NCBI GenBank assembly: GCA_038087875.1
Contig: CM075997.1
Location: 4,466,001-4,530,000, forward strand
Direction of reading: 5' to 3'
DNA from: Malacoraja senta
Lineage: Eukaryota
DNA: 64,000 nucleotides
The notes under the pieces are model-generated. The model was not told the origin of the DNA and ran no database searches. It saw only the letters and a program-made list of their open reading frames with translations. Positions 39,539 to 52,500 of the stretch are shown piece after piece; position 1 is the first letter of the stretch; each line of letters starts with the position of its first letter. A program made the position numbers and the translations under genes.

Positions 39539-39919
39539 AAACGCTATCCTACACTCTATGGACAATTTACAATCTTTACCAAAGCCAATTAACCAACAAA
39601 CCTGAGATAGACACAAAATGCTGGAGAAACTCAATCATCTCTGGAGAAAATGAATAGGAGACCTTTCGGGTTGAGACCCTTCATCAGACTGAGCATCACA
39701 GCCTGTTTCCTTTATCATCATTACTTTTTTGCATATCTTTCATTGATCTGTTCTGCAGTATATCTCTCTATATCACCATCTATATCTCTCGTTTCCCTTT
39801 CCCCTGACTCGATCCGAAATGTCACCTATACCTTTTCTTCAGAGATGCTGCCTGACCCGCTGAGTTACTCCAGCACTTTGTGTCTATCTTTAGTGTAAAC
39901 CAACATTTGCAGTTCCTTG

Positions 39920-40467
39920 GTAGACACAAGACACTGGAGTAACTCAGCGGGACAGGCAGCATCTCTGGAGAGAAGGAATGGGTGACGTTTCGGGTCGAGA
40001 CCTTTCTTCAGACAGAGAGTCAGGGGAGTGGGCGGGACAGAGATAGAATGTAGTCGGAGACAGTGAGACTGGTGGGAGAACTGGGACGGGGGAGGGGATG
40101 GAGAGAGAGGGAAAGCAAGGGCTGCTTGAAGTTAGAGAAGTCAATATTCATACCACTGGGGTGTAAGCTACCGAAGCGAAATATGAGGTGCTGTTCCTCC
40201 AATTTGCGCTGGGCCTCACTCTGACAGTGGAGGAGGCCCAGGACAGAAAGGTCAGATTGGGAATGGGAGGGGCAGTTGAAGTGCTGAGTAACCGGGAGAT
40301 CAGGTTGGTTAAGACGGATTGAGCGAAGGTGTTCAGCGAAACGATCGGCGAGGCTGCGTTGGCCTTGCCGACGTAGAGAAATTGACACCTGTAACAGCGG
40401 ATACAGTAGATGAGGTTGGAGGAGGTGCAGGTGAACCTCTGCCTCACCTGGAAAGACTGTCTGGGTT
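39920..40467 (-). mobile_element. Penelope-like element 3' end (GIY-YIG + pLTR), frameshifted (duplicate ~59058-59605)
   Basis: CTSSNLIYCIRCYRCQFLYVGK / RFAEHLRSIRLNQPDLPVTQHFN...LEEQHLIFRFGSLHPSGMNIDF. Other PLE ends at 18648-19135(-), 27138-27485(-) and 11545-13472(+, split by a DNA transposon). Confidence 0.9.
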
Positions 40468-41596
40468 ACAGTAGATGAGGTACCTTTGATTTAAACCAGC
40501 ATCTGCAGTTCTTGTTTACACATTTGCAGTTCCTTCCTACACTACCTACAAACCCACAGTTTAAGAATAAGGGGTAAGCCATTTCGAACGGAGATGAGGA
40601 AACACTTTTTCACACAGAGAGTTGTGAGTCTGTGGAATTCTCTGCCTCAGAGGGCGGTGGAGGCCGGTTCTCTGGATACTTTCAAGAGAGAGCTAGATAG
40701 GGCTCTTAACGATGGAGGAGTCAGGGGATATGGGGAGAAGGCAGGAACGGGGTACTGAGTCATTCGTAACTGTCACTGCATGTCATGTTGTTACTTGTGG
40801 GTGGAGCACCAAGGCAAATTCCTTGTATGTGAATACTTGGCCAATAAACTTACTTACTTACTTACTTACTGATTGTGGATGATCAGCCATGATCTCATTG
40901 AATGGCGGTGCTGGCACAAAGGGAAGAATGGCCTACTCCTGCACCTATTATCTATTGTCTATTGTACGTCTTTGGAATGTGGGAGGAAACCGGAGCACCC
41001 AGGGAAAACAAGACGGGGTCACGGGGAGAACGTGCAAACTCCGTACAGACAGCACCCGTAGTCAGGATCGAACCCACGTCTACTGGCGCTGTAAGGTTGC
41101 AACTCTACCGCTGCGCCACCATGCCACTCTTTAAATGCCACACGGAGCTCCTTTCTGTGATGCAGTCTTCGGGCAAACAGAATTGGTGAACCATTCCCTG
41201 CTATCTCCTTGGTTAGGAGGATTTAGTTTCACAGAGGAAGCTGAAGAGACACTGCACGATTCTCAGCTTGGCTTGAATAATACAACTGGTGATGTTGATG
41301 AACCTGTGTTAGTCAGTGCCTGTACACCCAGAGGCAAGCTCCAGGCAAGTCTAACCATCCTCTCCATTGCCCTGTCAGCCCAGAGAGCAGGGGGGCGTGA
41401 TGGACAGACTTCAACAGCCTCCATCTCTTCACCCACATGTCTGTCTCTCTATAATGTTATATCTATCACTACCTACTCAAAAATGTCCCCCCAGTCTTCA
41501 TCACATTATCTAACCTTGAGACTATTTATATATCTTTGCACATATCTATCTTTTACTCTCTATGTCTATCTGTCTAATATGGTCTATGTTATATAT

Positions 41597-41730
41597 CAGT
41601 CTGAAGAAGGGTCTCGACCCGAAACGTCACCCATTCCTTCTCTCCAGAGATGCTGCCTGCCCCGCTGAGTTACTCCAGCATTTTGTGTCTATCATCGGTT
41701 TAAACCAGCATCTGCAGTTCCTTCCTACAC
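41597..41730 (+). ncRNA. Short PLE-derived unit with candidate minimal type I hammerhead ribozyme (representative copy)
   Basis: CTGAAGA (41601-41607), hairpin GGGT-CTCG-ACCC, GAAAC, GTC. This matches the CUGANGA...GAAA...GUC core with palindromic ACGT in place of stem III. Stem I is only ~2 bp by eye. Confidence 0.6.
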
Positions 41731-42807
41731 ATGACCCCGTTCCTGCCTTCTCCCCATATCCCCTATCTTTAAGAGCCCTATCTAGCTCTCTCTTGAAAGT
41801 ATCTAATGCTCTCTGAGGCAGAGAATTCCACAGACTCACTACTCTCTGTGTGAAAAAGTGTTTCCTCGTCTCCGTTCTAAATGGCTTACTCCTTATTCTT
41901 AAACTGTGGCCCCTGGTTCTGGACTCCCCCAACATCGGGAACATGTTTCCTGCCTCTAGCGTGTCCAAACCCTTAAGAGCCTGTCCCACTGTACGAGGTA
42001 ATTCAAGAGCTCTCCCGAGTTAAAAAAAAAAAAAACTTGTGGTAAGCACGTAGAATGTACGTAGCGGGTACGTCGGAGCTCGGGGACGTCTCTTAGCGGC
42101 TCGTAACTCTAACGGCAGGTACTCAGGAAACGCAGTAAGCTCGTGAAGATTTTTCAACATGTTGAAAAATGTCCACGAGAGCTCCGAGTACCTACGAGCG
42201 GCTATTACCGTAATTCTCCGAGTATCAGTCTGAAGAAGGGTCTCGACCCGAAACGTCACCCATTCCTTCTCTCCAGAGATGCTGCCTGCCCCGCTGAGTT
42301 ACTCCAGCATTTTGTGTCTATCATCGGTTTAAACCAGCGTCTGCAGTTCCTTCCAACACATGACCTCCCAACTTCTATACTCAATATAGAATCAGTATAG
42401 AGTCAAGAGGATTAGTCTGAAGAAGGGTCTCGACCCGAAACGTCACCCATTCCTTCTCTCCACAGATGCTGCCTGTCCCGCTGAGTTACTCCAGCATTTT
42501 GTGTCTACCTATGGTCTATGTTAATCTATCTACCTGACTCTGACCTATGTTATGCAGCAACTCTTATCTAACAGTGTCTATCAGTCTACCTGTCTGCAGA
42601 CACAAAATGCTGGTGTAACTCAGCGGGACAGGCAGCATCTCTGGAGAGAAGGAATGGGTGACGTTTCGGGTTGGGACCCTTCTTCAGGCTGATGTGAGGG
42701 GAGGGGGCGGTACAGAGATAATATGTAGTCGGAGACAGTAAGACTGGTCGTAGAACTGGGAAGGGGGAGGGGATGGAGAGAGAGGGTAAGCAAGGGCTAC
42801 TTGAAAT

Positions 42808-42808
42808 G

Positions 42809-42892
<84 letters not shown>

Positions 42893-42909
42893 CATCTATC
42901 CATCTATCC

Positions 42910-42988
<79 letters not shown>

Positions 42989-43062
42989 CATCTATCCGTC
43001 TATCCGTCTATCCGTCTATCCGTCTATCCGTCTATCCGTCTATCCGTCTATCCGTCTATCCG

Positions 43063-43133
<71 letters not shown>

Positions 43134-43194
43134 GTCTATCTGTCTATCTATCTATCTATCTATCTATCTGTCTATCTATCTATCTATCTATCTG

Positions 43195-43268
<74 letters not shown>

Positions 43269-43306
43269 CATCTATCCATCTATCCATCTATCCATCTGTC
43301 TATCTG

Positions 43307-43404
<98 letters not shown>

Positions 43405-43420
43405 CATCTATCTATTTATC
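42808..43420. repeat. (TATC)n GATA-type compound microsatellite
   Basis: Directly visible, with TATCCGTC and TGTC variant blocks. The counterpart at 61969-62349 is shorter and has TATCCATC blocks. Confidence 0.98.
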
Positions 43421-44452
43421 TGAAGGAACTGCAGATGCTGGTTTTCCAAAGTAACTCAGCAGGACAGCATCTCTTGAGAAATGTGGAGAGAGGGTGATGT
43501 TTGAGATCGAGACCCTTCTTCATCTATCCATATTCCTGAACCATCACCTGTCCGTGTTCTCCAGAGATGCTGCCTGACCTGCTGAGTTACTCCAGCACTT
43601 TGTGCCCATCTGTATATTAACCAGCATCTGCAGTTCCTTGTGTCTACAAGGAGTTTACTGTCGAGTGGGTTTGGACAAGGTTGGAAGAACATGTCGCAAG
43701 AATTAAAAAGATGTCCTGCAATTGTGGATTGCAAACCTATTGGCAATATCGCTTGATAACGAAAGTGAATATGATTGATGAAGCCGATGATGCATCCATT
43801 GCCTATTAGCCTACGAACCTGACGTCTTTGGAGTGTGGAAGGAAACCGGAGCACCCGGAGAAAACATACGCAGGTCACGGGGAGAACATGCAAACTCCGT
43901 ACACACAGCACCCGTAGTCAGGGTCGAACCCGGGTCTCTGGCGCTGTGAGGCAGCAACTCTACCGCTGCGCCACCGTGCTGTAAATCTAGAGATGCCGCC
44001 TGACTGTCCGCCGTGGACAGAAGGCTGAGATGGTCCACTGTCTATCTTCGGTTCATACCAGCATCTGCAGTTCCTACCAACACCATCAGAGGAGGTTTAC
44101 AAGAATGGTCCCAGGAATGAGTGGGTTAACCTACGATGAGCGTTTGTCGGCACTGGGCCTGTACTCGCTGGAGTTTAGAAGAATGAGGGGGGACCTCATT
44201 GAAACTTACAGAACAGTGAAAGGCCTGGATAGAGTGGATGTGGAGAGGATGTTTCCACTAGTGGGAGAGTCTAGGGCTGAAGGTCATGGGCTCAGAATTA
44301 AAGGATGTTCTTTTAGGAAGTAGATGAGGAGGAATTTTGTTAATCAGAGGGTGGTGAATCTCTGGAATTCTTTGTCACAGACGGCTGTGGAGGCCAAGTC
44401 AGTGGTTATTTTTAAGGCAGAGATAGATAGAATCTTGATTAGTATGGGTGTC

Positions 44453-46102
44453 TGAGTGAAATCCAGGTTAGTCGGGAAGTGGTGTTGGGTAAATTGAATG
44501 GATTAAAGGCCGATAAATCACCAGGGCCAGATAGGCTGCATCCCAGAGTACTTAAGGAAGTAGCTCCAGAAATAGTGGATGCATTAGTGATAATTTTTCA
44601 AAACTCTTTAGATTCTGGAGTAGTTCCTGAGGATTGGAGGGTAGCAAACGTAACCCCACTTTTTAAGAAGGGAGGGAGAGAGAAAACGGGGAATTACAGA
44701 CCAGTTAGTCTAACATCGGTAGTGGGGAAACTGCTAGAGTCAGTTATTAAAGATGGGATAGCAGCACATTTGGAAAGTGGTGAAATCATTGGACAAAGTC
44801 AGCATGGATTTACGAAAGGTAAATCGTGTCTGACGAATCTTATAGAATTTTTCGAGGATGTAACTAGTAGAGTGGATAGGGGAGAACCAGTGGATGTGTT
44901 GTATCTGGACTTTCAGAAGGCTTTCGACAAGGTACCACATAAGAGATTAGGATACAAACTTAAATCACACGGTATTGGGGGTTCAGTATTGATGTGGATA
45001 GAGAACTGGCTGGCAAACAGGAAGCAAAGAGTAGGAGTAAACGGGTCCTTTGCACAATGGCAGGCAGTGACTAGTGGGGTACCGCAAGGCTCAGTGCTGG
45101 GACCCCAGCTATTTACAATTTATATTAATGATCTGGACGAGGGAATTGAAAGCAACATCTCCAAGTTTGCGGATGACACTAAGCTGGGGGGCAGTGTTAG
45201 CTGTGAGGAGGATGCTAGGAGACTGCAAGGTGACTTGGATAGGCTGGGTGAGTGGGCAAATGTTTGGCAGATGCAGTATAATGTGGATAAATGTGAGGTT
45301 ATCCACTTTGGTGGCAAAAACGGGAAGGCAGACAATTATCTAAATGGTGGCCGATTAGGAAATGGGGAGATGCAGCGAGACCTGGGTGTCATGGTACACC
45401 AGTCATTGAAAGTAGGCATGCAGGTGCAGCAGGCAGTGAAGAAAGCGAATGGTATGTTGGCCTTCATAGCAAGAGGATTTGAGTATAGGAGCAGGGAGGT
45501 TCTACTGCAGTTGTACAGGGTCTTGGTGAGACCACACCTGGAGTATTGTGTACAGTTTTGGTCTCCAAATCTGAGGAAGGACATTATAGCCATAGAGGGA
45601 GTGCAAAGAAGGTTCACCAGACTGATTCCTGGGATGTCAGGACTTTCATATGAAGAAAGACTGGATAGACTTGGCTTATACTCGCTAGAATTTAGAAGAT
45701 TCAGAGGGGATCTTATAGAAACGTACAAAATTCTTATGGGGTTGGACAGGCTAGATGCAGGAAGATTGTTCCCGATGTTGGGGAAGTCCAGGACAAGGGG
45801 TCACAGCTTAAGGATAAGGGGGAAATCCTTTAAGACCGAGATGAGGAAAAACTTTTTCACACAGAGAGTGGTGAATCTCTGGAACTCTCTGCCACAGAGG
45901 GTAGTTGAGGCCAGTTCATTGGCTATATTTAAGAGGGAGTTAGATGTGGCCCTTGTGGCTAAAGGGATCAGGGGGTATGGAGAGAAGGCAGGTACGGGAT
46001 ACTGAGTTGGATGATCAGCCATGATCATATTGAATGGCGGTGCAGGCTCGAAGGGCCGAATGGCCTACTCCTGCACCTATTTTCTATGTATCTATGTATC
46101 TA
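44453..46102 (+). mobile_element. Young 5'-truncated CR1-clade LINE (uninterrupted ORF2 C-terminal part + 3' UTR)
   Basis: 508-aa open frame 44479-46005 with RT motifs ([62 protein letters not shown]). (TCTATGTA)n tail. TGTC on both sides (44449-44452, 46103-46106). Empty site in the duplicate at 63383-63386. Confidence 0.97.
44479..46005 (+). CDS. CR1 ORF2 reverse transcriptase domain and C-terminus (5'-truncated, no APE domain)
   Basis: ORF track 508 aa with canonical non-LTR RT motifs. It begins at a GTG inside the truncated element, not at a real start. Confidence 0.85.
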   Translation: MVLGKLNGLKADKSPGPDRLHPRVLKEVAPEIVDALVIIFQNSLDSGVVPEDWRVANVTPLFKKGGREKTGNYRPVSLTSVVGKLLESVIKDGIAAHLESGEIIGQSQHGFTKGKSCLTNLIEFFEDVTSRVDRGEPVDVLYLDFQKAFDKVPHKRLGYKLKSHGIGGSVLMWIENWLANRKQRVGVNGSFAQWQAVTSGVPQGSVLGPQLFTIYINDLDEGIESNISKFADDTKLGGSVSCEEDARRLQGDLDRLGEWANVWQMQYNVDKCEVIHFGGKNGKADNYLNGGRLGNGEMQRDLGVMVHQSLKVGMQVQQAVKKANGMLAFIARGFEYRSREVLLQLYRVLVRPHLEYCVQFWSPNLRKDIIAIEGVQRRFTRLIPGMSGLSYEERLDRLGLYSLEFRRFRGDLIETYKILMGLDRLDAGRLFPMLGKSRTRGHSLRIRGKSFKTEMRKNFFTQRVVNLWNSLPQRVVEASSLAIFKRELDVALVAKGIRGYGEKAGTGY

Positions 46103-47684
46103 TGTCAGAGGTTATGGGGAGAAGACAGGAGTAGGGTTGGGAGGGAGAGATAGATCAGCCATGATTGATTGGCGTTGTAGACTTGATGGGCTGAATGGCC
46201 TAATTCTATCCCTATCACTTATGACCTTACGACCTTATGATCTTAAGCTTAAAAACAACATATTACAATAGACAATAGACAATAGGTGCAGGAATAGGCC
46301 ATTCAGCCCTTCGAGTCAGCACCGCCATTCAATCTGATCATGGCTGATCATCCCCAATCAGTACCCCGTTCCTGCCTTCTCCCCATATCCCCTGACTCCA
46401 CTATATTTAAGAGCCCTATCTAGCTCTCTCTTGAAAGTATCCAGAGAACCGGCCTCCACCGCCCTCTGAGGCAGAGAATTCCACAGACTCAGATCTCTCT
46501 GTGTGGAATAGTGTTTCCTCGTCTCCGTTCTAAATGGATTATCCATTTATTCTTAAACTGTGGCCCCTGGTTCTGGACTCCCCCAACATCGGGAACATGT
46601 TTCCTGCCTCTTGCGTGTCCAAACCCTTTATAATCTTATATGTTTCAATAAATTCCCTCTCATCATTCTAAACTCCAGAGTGTACAAGCCCAGCTGCTCC
46701 ATTCTCTCAGCATATGACAGCCCCGCCATCCCGGGAATTAACCTTGTAAACCTACGCTGCACTCCCTCAATAGCAAGAATTTGGGACAATTCTTACTTTA
46801 GATTTGGGGCAAATCTCTCAGCAAACAGAAGATAGACACAAAAGGCTGGAGTAACTCAGCGGGACAGACAGCATCTCTGGAGAGAAGGAATGGGTGATGT
46901 TTCGGTTCGAGGGCAGGTTAAGTTTGAAGGCCGGTTCTCTGGATTCTTTCAAGGGAGAGCTAGATAGGGTTCTTAAAGATAGCGGAGTCAGGGGATATGG
47001 GGAGAAGGCAGGAACGGGGTACTGATTGGGGATGATCAGCCATGATCACATTGAATGGCGGGGCTGGCTCGAAGGGCGGAATGGCCTACTCCTGCACCTA
47101 TTGTCTATTGTCTATTGTAGCACGGGGAAAAGGCCGCATACAACGAGTTAAAGTACTGTTACAAAACAAAGTAAAACTAACATCTCTGCCAACTGTTTGA
47201 AAAGTACAAATTCTAAAGCTAAGCATTTAGTTTTCTTCTGGGATTTTTTTTTTGATGTTTGTTGCAGTTATTTGATGTTGTTTTCCAGCCTTGGTAATTT
47301 CCCAACAGTCTCCCCTCCTATCTGAAACGCGCTGCACCCCCTTCTCTCTTGCCTCCCGCTCGAAAGGCTGAACTCAGGGATGGGAGTCGGGAGAGTTGGC
47401 TTAGCATCAGCATCTCGCTGTCCCCCGGGTGAAGCAGAGGGAGTTTTAAACTTAGCTAAATTGAATGGCCCCAGGCTGTTATTGAACAAAGAGGTGGAAG
47501 GAGCTTGCTGTACACAAGACGTTTTCTTGTGTGCGCGTTCAGCCTGTCTGCGGGCGTCGAGTGCCTGTGTACGTTTCACATGAGCCGCATCCAACCCCTC
47601 AATGCCAGCATCTCTGTTAACCCCTTCAGTGCCGTGGCGTTGGGGGGGGCGCATCAGTGAGAGGGGGGGGGGAAGCTGAATGCT

Positions 47685-48447
47685 GAGGTACGGGGCCGAC
47701 GGCTTTGTTGAGTGGTGTGGGTTGAATCACCTGCAACTCAACAACCGGTGGTGGCCAGTACCAGCTTCTTCGCTGCCATGTGCTGGGGCAGCAGGGCGAA
47801 GGCCGCGGACGCCAACAGGATCAACAAGTTCATCGGGAAGGCCGGCTTCTGGGGGTGGAGTTGGAGTTGGAGTTGGAGTTGGATTCACGGGAGGTTGGTC
47901 TTGGAGGGGAGGAGGGTGCTCCTCAAACTGCGGAGCATCCTGGACAATACAGCTCACACCCCCTCATTGACACACTGGTCACCCTGAGGGGCACCTTCAG
48001 CAACAGACTGGTCCCACCAAGATGCAGGACAGAACGCCACAGGAGATCCTTCTTCCCTGTGGCTATCAAACTGCACAACTCCTCCCCCTTCTGTCGTGGG
48101 GTCGACTGAGACTGACTCCCCACCCCCCAATCTTTGCACATCCTCAATCATTTCCACTCGTCACTTTAATTTCATATTTCATGTATTTTGTGTTTTTATG
48201 ACTGTTGGCAGATCAATGAATAAATGAATAAGTTTATTGGCCAAGTATATTCACATACAAGGAATTTGCCTTGGTGCTCCGCCCGCAATTGACAACATGA
48301 CATACAGTGACAGATAGGAATGACACATAAAACATTAAACATTAATAATAAAACATTATTGATTAATCATGTGAAATTAAATAAAATACCAGAGCAAAAG
48401 GATCAATTTCCCTCCTGGGATAAATAACGTTCGATCGTATCGTATTG
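47685..48447 (+). mobile_element. Rex1/Babar-type LINE fragment with a nested short element (48218-48400, GATCAAT TSD)
   Basis: WCGLNHLQLN...FFAAMCWGS...NRINKFIGKAG...RRVLLKLRSILDN..HPL...RHRRSFFPVAIKL. GATCAAT at 48211 and 48401. Confidence 0.82.
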
Positions 48448-49361
48448 CAGCACTAAATGCTCCTGTGGTCGTGCCTTTCGTAAAGTTGATGAAATTCTTG
48501 TATTCAATGTTGTTTAGGATGTAACATCAATTTCTACCTCTGATAACTAACCTTTTATTTCTCAGACATCAGTCTGAAGAAGGGTTTCGGTCCGAAATGT
48601 TGCCTATTCCTTCGCTCCATAGATGCTGCCTCACCCGCTGAGTTTCTCCAGCATTTTGTCTGCCTTTTATTTCTCTATCTTTACATCACTCGTCTCCCTC
48701 TCCCCTGACTCAGTCTGAGGAAGGCTCTCATCCCGAAACGTCACCTATTCCTTTTCTCCAGTGATACTGCCTGACCTGCTGAGTTACTTCAGCATTTTAT
48801 GTCTGCCTGTCTGTCTTCATTGTATTTGTCTTATAATTGTCCCAAATATCAATGGATTCACAACAGCCCGTCTGTGTGAATTAAAAGTTTCATTGAGAAA
48901 TAGGTACAGATATCAGTCTGAAGAAGGGTCTTGACCCGAAACGTCACCCATTCCTTCTCTCCAGAGATGCTGCCTGTCCCGCTGAGTTACTCCAGCATTT
49001 TGTGTCTATCTTCTGTAGAGAGATATTGATCATTTCACTCAGCTCATCACTTCTTTATGGGATCATTTATGATATTTATATGTATATTTTCCTGGAAATG
49101 TAAATGGCTCGATTGTAATCATGTGTTGTCTTACTGCTGACAATAAACTAAACAGGACTGAAAACTTTCTTTAATTCAATTGACTTCTCAACATGTATAT
49201 ACGTATGTGTGACTGCGTATGTTCATATGTATGCCTGCGTGTGTGCGTGTGTGACAATAGACAACAGACAATAGACAATAGGTGCAGGATGAGGCAATTC
49301 GGCCCTTCGAGCCAGCACCGCCATTCAATGTGATCATGGCTGATCATCCCAAATCAGTACC

Positions 49362-49561
49362 NNNNNNNNNNNNNNNNNNNNNNNNNNNNNNNNNNNNNNN
49401 NNNNNNNNNNNNNNNNNNNNNNNNNNNNNNNNNNNNNNNNNNNNNNNNNNNNNNNNNNNNNNNNNNNNNNNNNNNNNNNNNNNNNNNNNNNNNNNNNNNN
49501 NNNNNNNNNNNNNNNNNNNNNNNNNNNNNNNNNNNNNNNNNNNNNNNNNNNNNNNNNNNNN
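49362..49561. other. Assembly gap (200 N)
   Basis: Run of exactly 200 N, i.e. a fixed-size scaffolding gap. Confidence 0.99.
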
Positions 49562-52500
49562 TGCCGACCAACGCTCATCATAGGTTAACCCACTCATTCC
49601 TGGGATCAACGGCTCCGCTGAGAGATCCATGGAGCTACCAACAATTTGTAACTCTTCAATCCTTCTGTTCCACACCTTCAGTTTTAATCTCTGGCCATAG
49701 TTCCAACCACCTGCCTACTATCCCCTCCCTCTCCTCACTTGTGTCTACCTGTCACCTGAAGAAGGGTCTCGACCCAAAACATCGCCCATTCCTTCTCTCC
49801 AGAGATGCTGCCTCTCATGCTGAGTCACTCCAGCATTTTGTAACTATCTTCGGTGTAAACCAGCATCTGCAGTTCCTTCCTACACCTATCATCTGCCATA
49901 CCATGTCCTGCCTCTCCTCACCCTGTTTTCTTCCCCCTTACCCCACTATAATCAGTCTGACAAACGGTCCCGACCCAAAACATCACCTATCTGTGTTTTC
50001 CATAGATGCTGTCTGACCCCCTGAGTTACTCCATCAATTTGTGTCCTCTTTTGTTTAACCGGCATCTGTAGGTCATTGCTTCTATATTCTCTAAAGGGCC
50101 TGTCCCACTTTCATGACCTAATTCACAACCTCTGCTGAGTTTGCCCTTGACTCATACTCGCAGCATGGTCGTCACGAGGTCGTAGGTAGGTCGTAGGAGG
50201 TCGTAGCAGGCCGTGATGCTAGTCGTAGGTACTCGTGGCATCAAGTAGGTCGGGGCGTTTTTTTCTAGCCTGATGAAAAATGTCCACGAGTAAAAAAGGT
50301 CGTGAATTAGTTCGTGAAAGTGGGAAGAAGAGTTTTGACCCGAGACGTCACCCATTCCTTCAATCCAGAGATGCTGCCTGTCCCGCTGAGTTACTCCAGC
50401 ATTTTGTGTCTATCTTTGGTTTAAACCAGCATCTGCAGTTCCTTCCATCTACATGGTTAGAGTATACATTGAAGGGAAAACGCTGACATTTTGACCATGG
50501 TAAATGACATATCATTCTTCCAACTTGTTTCCAGGTCAGGATGGTGTGAGGGAGCTGAATAGATGATGATATCAATCGGCTTGATATCTCTTGTCGTTCT
50601 TGGTGGCAATGTCTGGGAAGTTGGGAGGCGCTGAAGGAACATGGACCCCCCCCCCCCCCACGACTTGGTGACAATATCGGTTTAGGTTTATTATTGTCAC
50701 GTGTACCGAGGTGTGGTGAAAAGCTGTGTTCTGCATGCTCTCCGATCAGCTCAGATATACCACCCATAGATACAATGATGTCAAACTCAAGTACAATAGG
50801 TCGAGCAAGGGGGAAGATACAGAGTGCAGAATATAGTTCTCAGCATTGTAGCGCATCAGTTCCACAGACAAAGTCCAATGTCGGCAATGGGGTGGAGGTG
50901 AATTGGACAGTACCCTGGCTTATGGAAGGGCCGTTCAGAAGCCTGATAACAGAGGGGAAGAAGCTGTTCCGGAGTCTGGTGGTGCGCGCTTTCAAGCTTC
51001 TGTACCTTCTTGATTCTTGGTTCTTGGTTCATGGTCCCCCAAAATATTCCAAATGGAATTTAAATTGGAGATGGCGGAAGGTGTACTTAAGCAAAAAGAG
51101 CTACCTTCAATTTAGTCGGGTCTGGTTGGGTAACTATGGTAGGGTGAAGACTATTTCATGCTTTAATTGTGCGGGGGAAGAATGAATTGCTGTACACATC
51201 TGTCGTGGTAGCTGGTATCTCAAATTGCATCGAATGCCCTCGTCTGCTTCTAATTGGTTTGGGTTTGGTGTAGGTTTGGTCATCTATGTTGAGCTGACCA
51301 TTTAACATTTTGTAAAAACAGGTCAAATGGTGAGCTTTACGTCTGTCTTGGAGAGGGTTCCACCCCAACCAATGAATTCAGAAGTTTGGTAACACTCACT
51401 CCTCTCTCATAGGTATTCGTAACAAATCGGGCTCCCTATCTTTGGACACGTTCGATGGAAGAAATGTTTCTATTTGTGTACTTGCCCGGCATCGACTCAT
51501 GTTTCCCATGTTTAAGGCATATCCCTCTCTCTGTCCAAATGTCTTTTAAATATTGTGACTGGCTCTGCCTTAACAACATCCTCTGACAGCTTTTCCACCC
51601 TCTGTGTGAAAAAGTTGCTCCATGCATTCTATTTATTTGTTATACTTTCCATACAAAATGCTTTTATTCAGAACAAACAAAAATACAAAGTAGTAACACG
51701 ATCAAAGAATGATGCATTCCTATTGGGAGGAGTAGATCGGGTAGATGCACAGAGTCTCTTGCCCAGAGTAGGGGAATCGAGGGATCAGATGACCGGAGGG
51801 ATCACCTTTTCACACAGAGAGTGGTGGATGTGTGGAAAGAACTGTCGGAGGAGGTAGCCAGCTGTGGCAATGAATTCTGAAGATTCACCAACCTCCGACT
51901 ACAGAAATTCTTCCTTTTAGTTTAGTTTAGTTGAGAGATACAGCGCAGAAACAGGCCCTGCGGCCCACCGCGTCCGTGCCGACCAGCGATCCCTGAAAAA
52001 TTAATGCTATCCCACACACACTAGGGACACTTTACAATGTTACCAAAGCCAATTAACCTACAAACCTGCACGTCTTTGGAGTGTGGGGGGAAACCGGAGC
52101 TCCCGGAGTAAACCCACGTGGTCACGGGGAGAACGTGCAAACTCCGCACAGACAGTATCCGTAGTCGGGATCGAACCGGGGACCCTAGCCCTGTGAGGCA
52201 GCAACTCTACCGCAGTGCCAACGTGCCTCCTCATCTCCAGGCAGCAGACATAGAGTGAAATGGACACTTTGGGAAGAAACATTGTCCATTTCCCTGACCT
52301 GTTGAGTTGCTGCAGCAGTTTCATTTGTGCCTCAGATTCCAGCTTCTGAGGTGCCTTGTGTCTCCCTCGATATTGTGACTGGGCCTCAAGGCTGGGCCCA
52401 GAACCGCATGCTTCAGCACTCCAGGGAGCGCGTTAGTCACTGAGCCACGGCCTACAGTGATGACCTCATTATCCTGTTGTCACGGGAACCCAGGCTTGAG

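Noticed and set aside
41135..41668. 177-aa ORF (252 aa in the duplicate)
   Set aside because: No recognisable domain; it runs from a SINE edge through low-complexity sequence into a PLE unit, with no convincing splice sites.
42773..43454. YLSI-repeat ORFs (also 29824-30180, 61961-62509)
   Set aside because: Translations of (TATC)n microsatellites.
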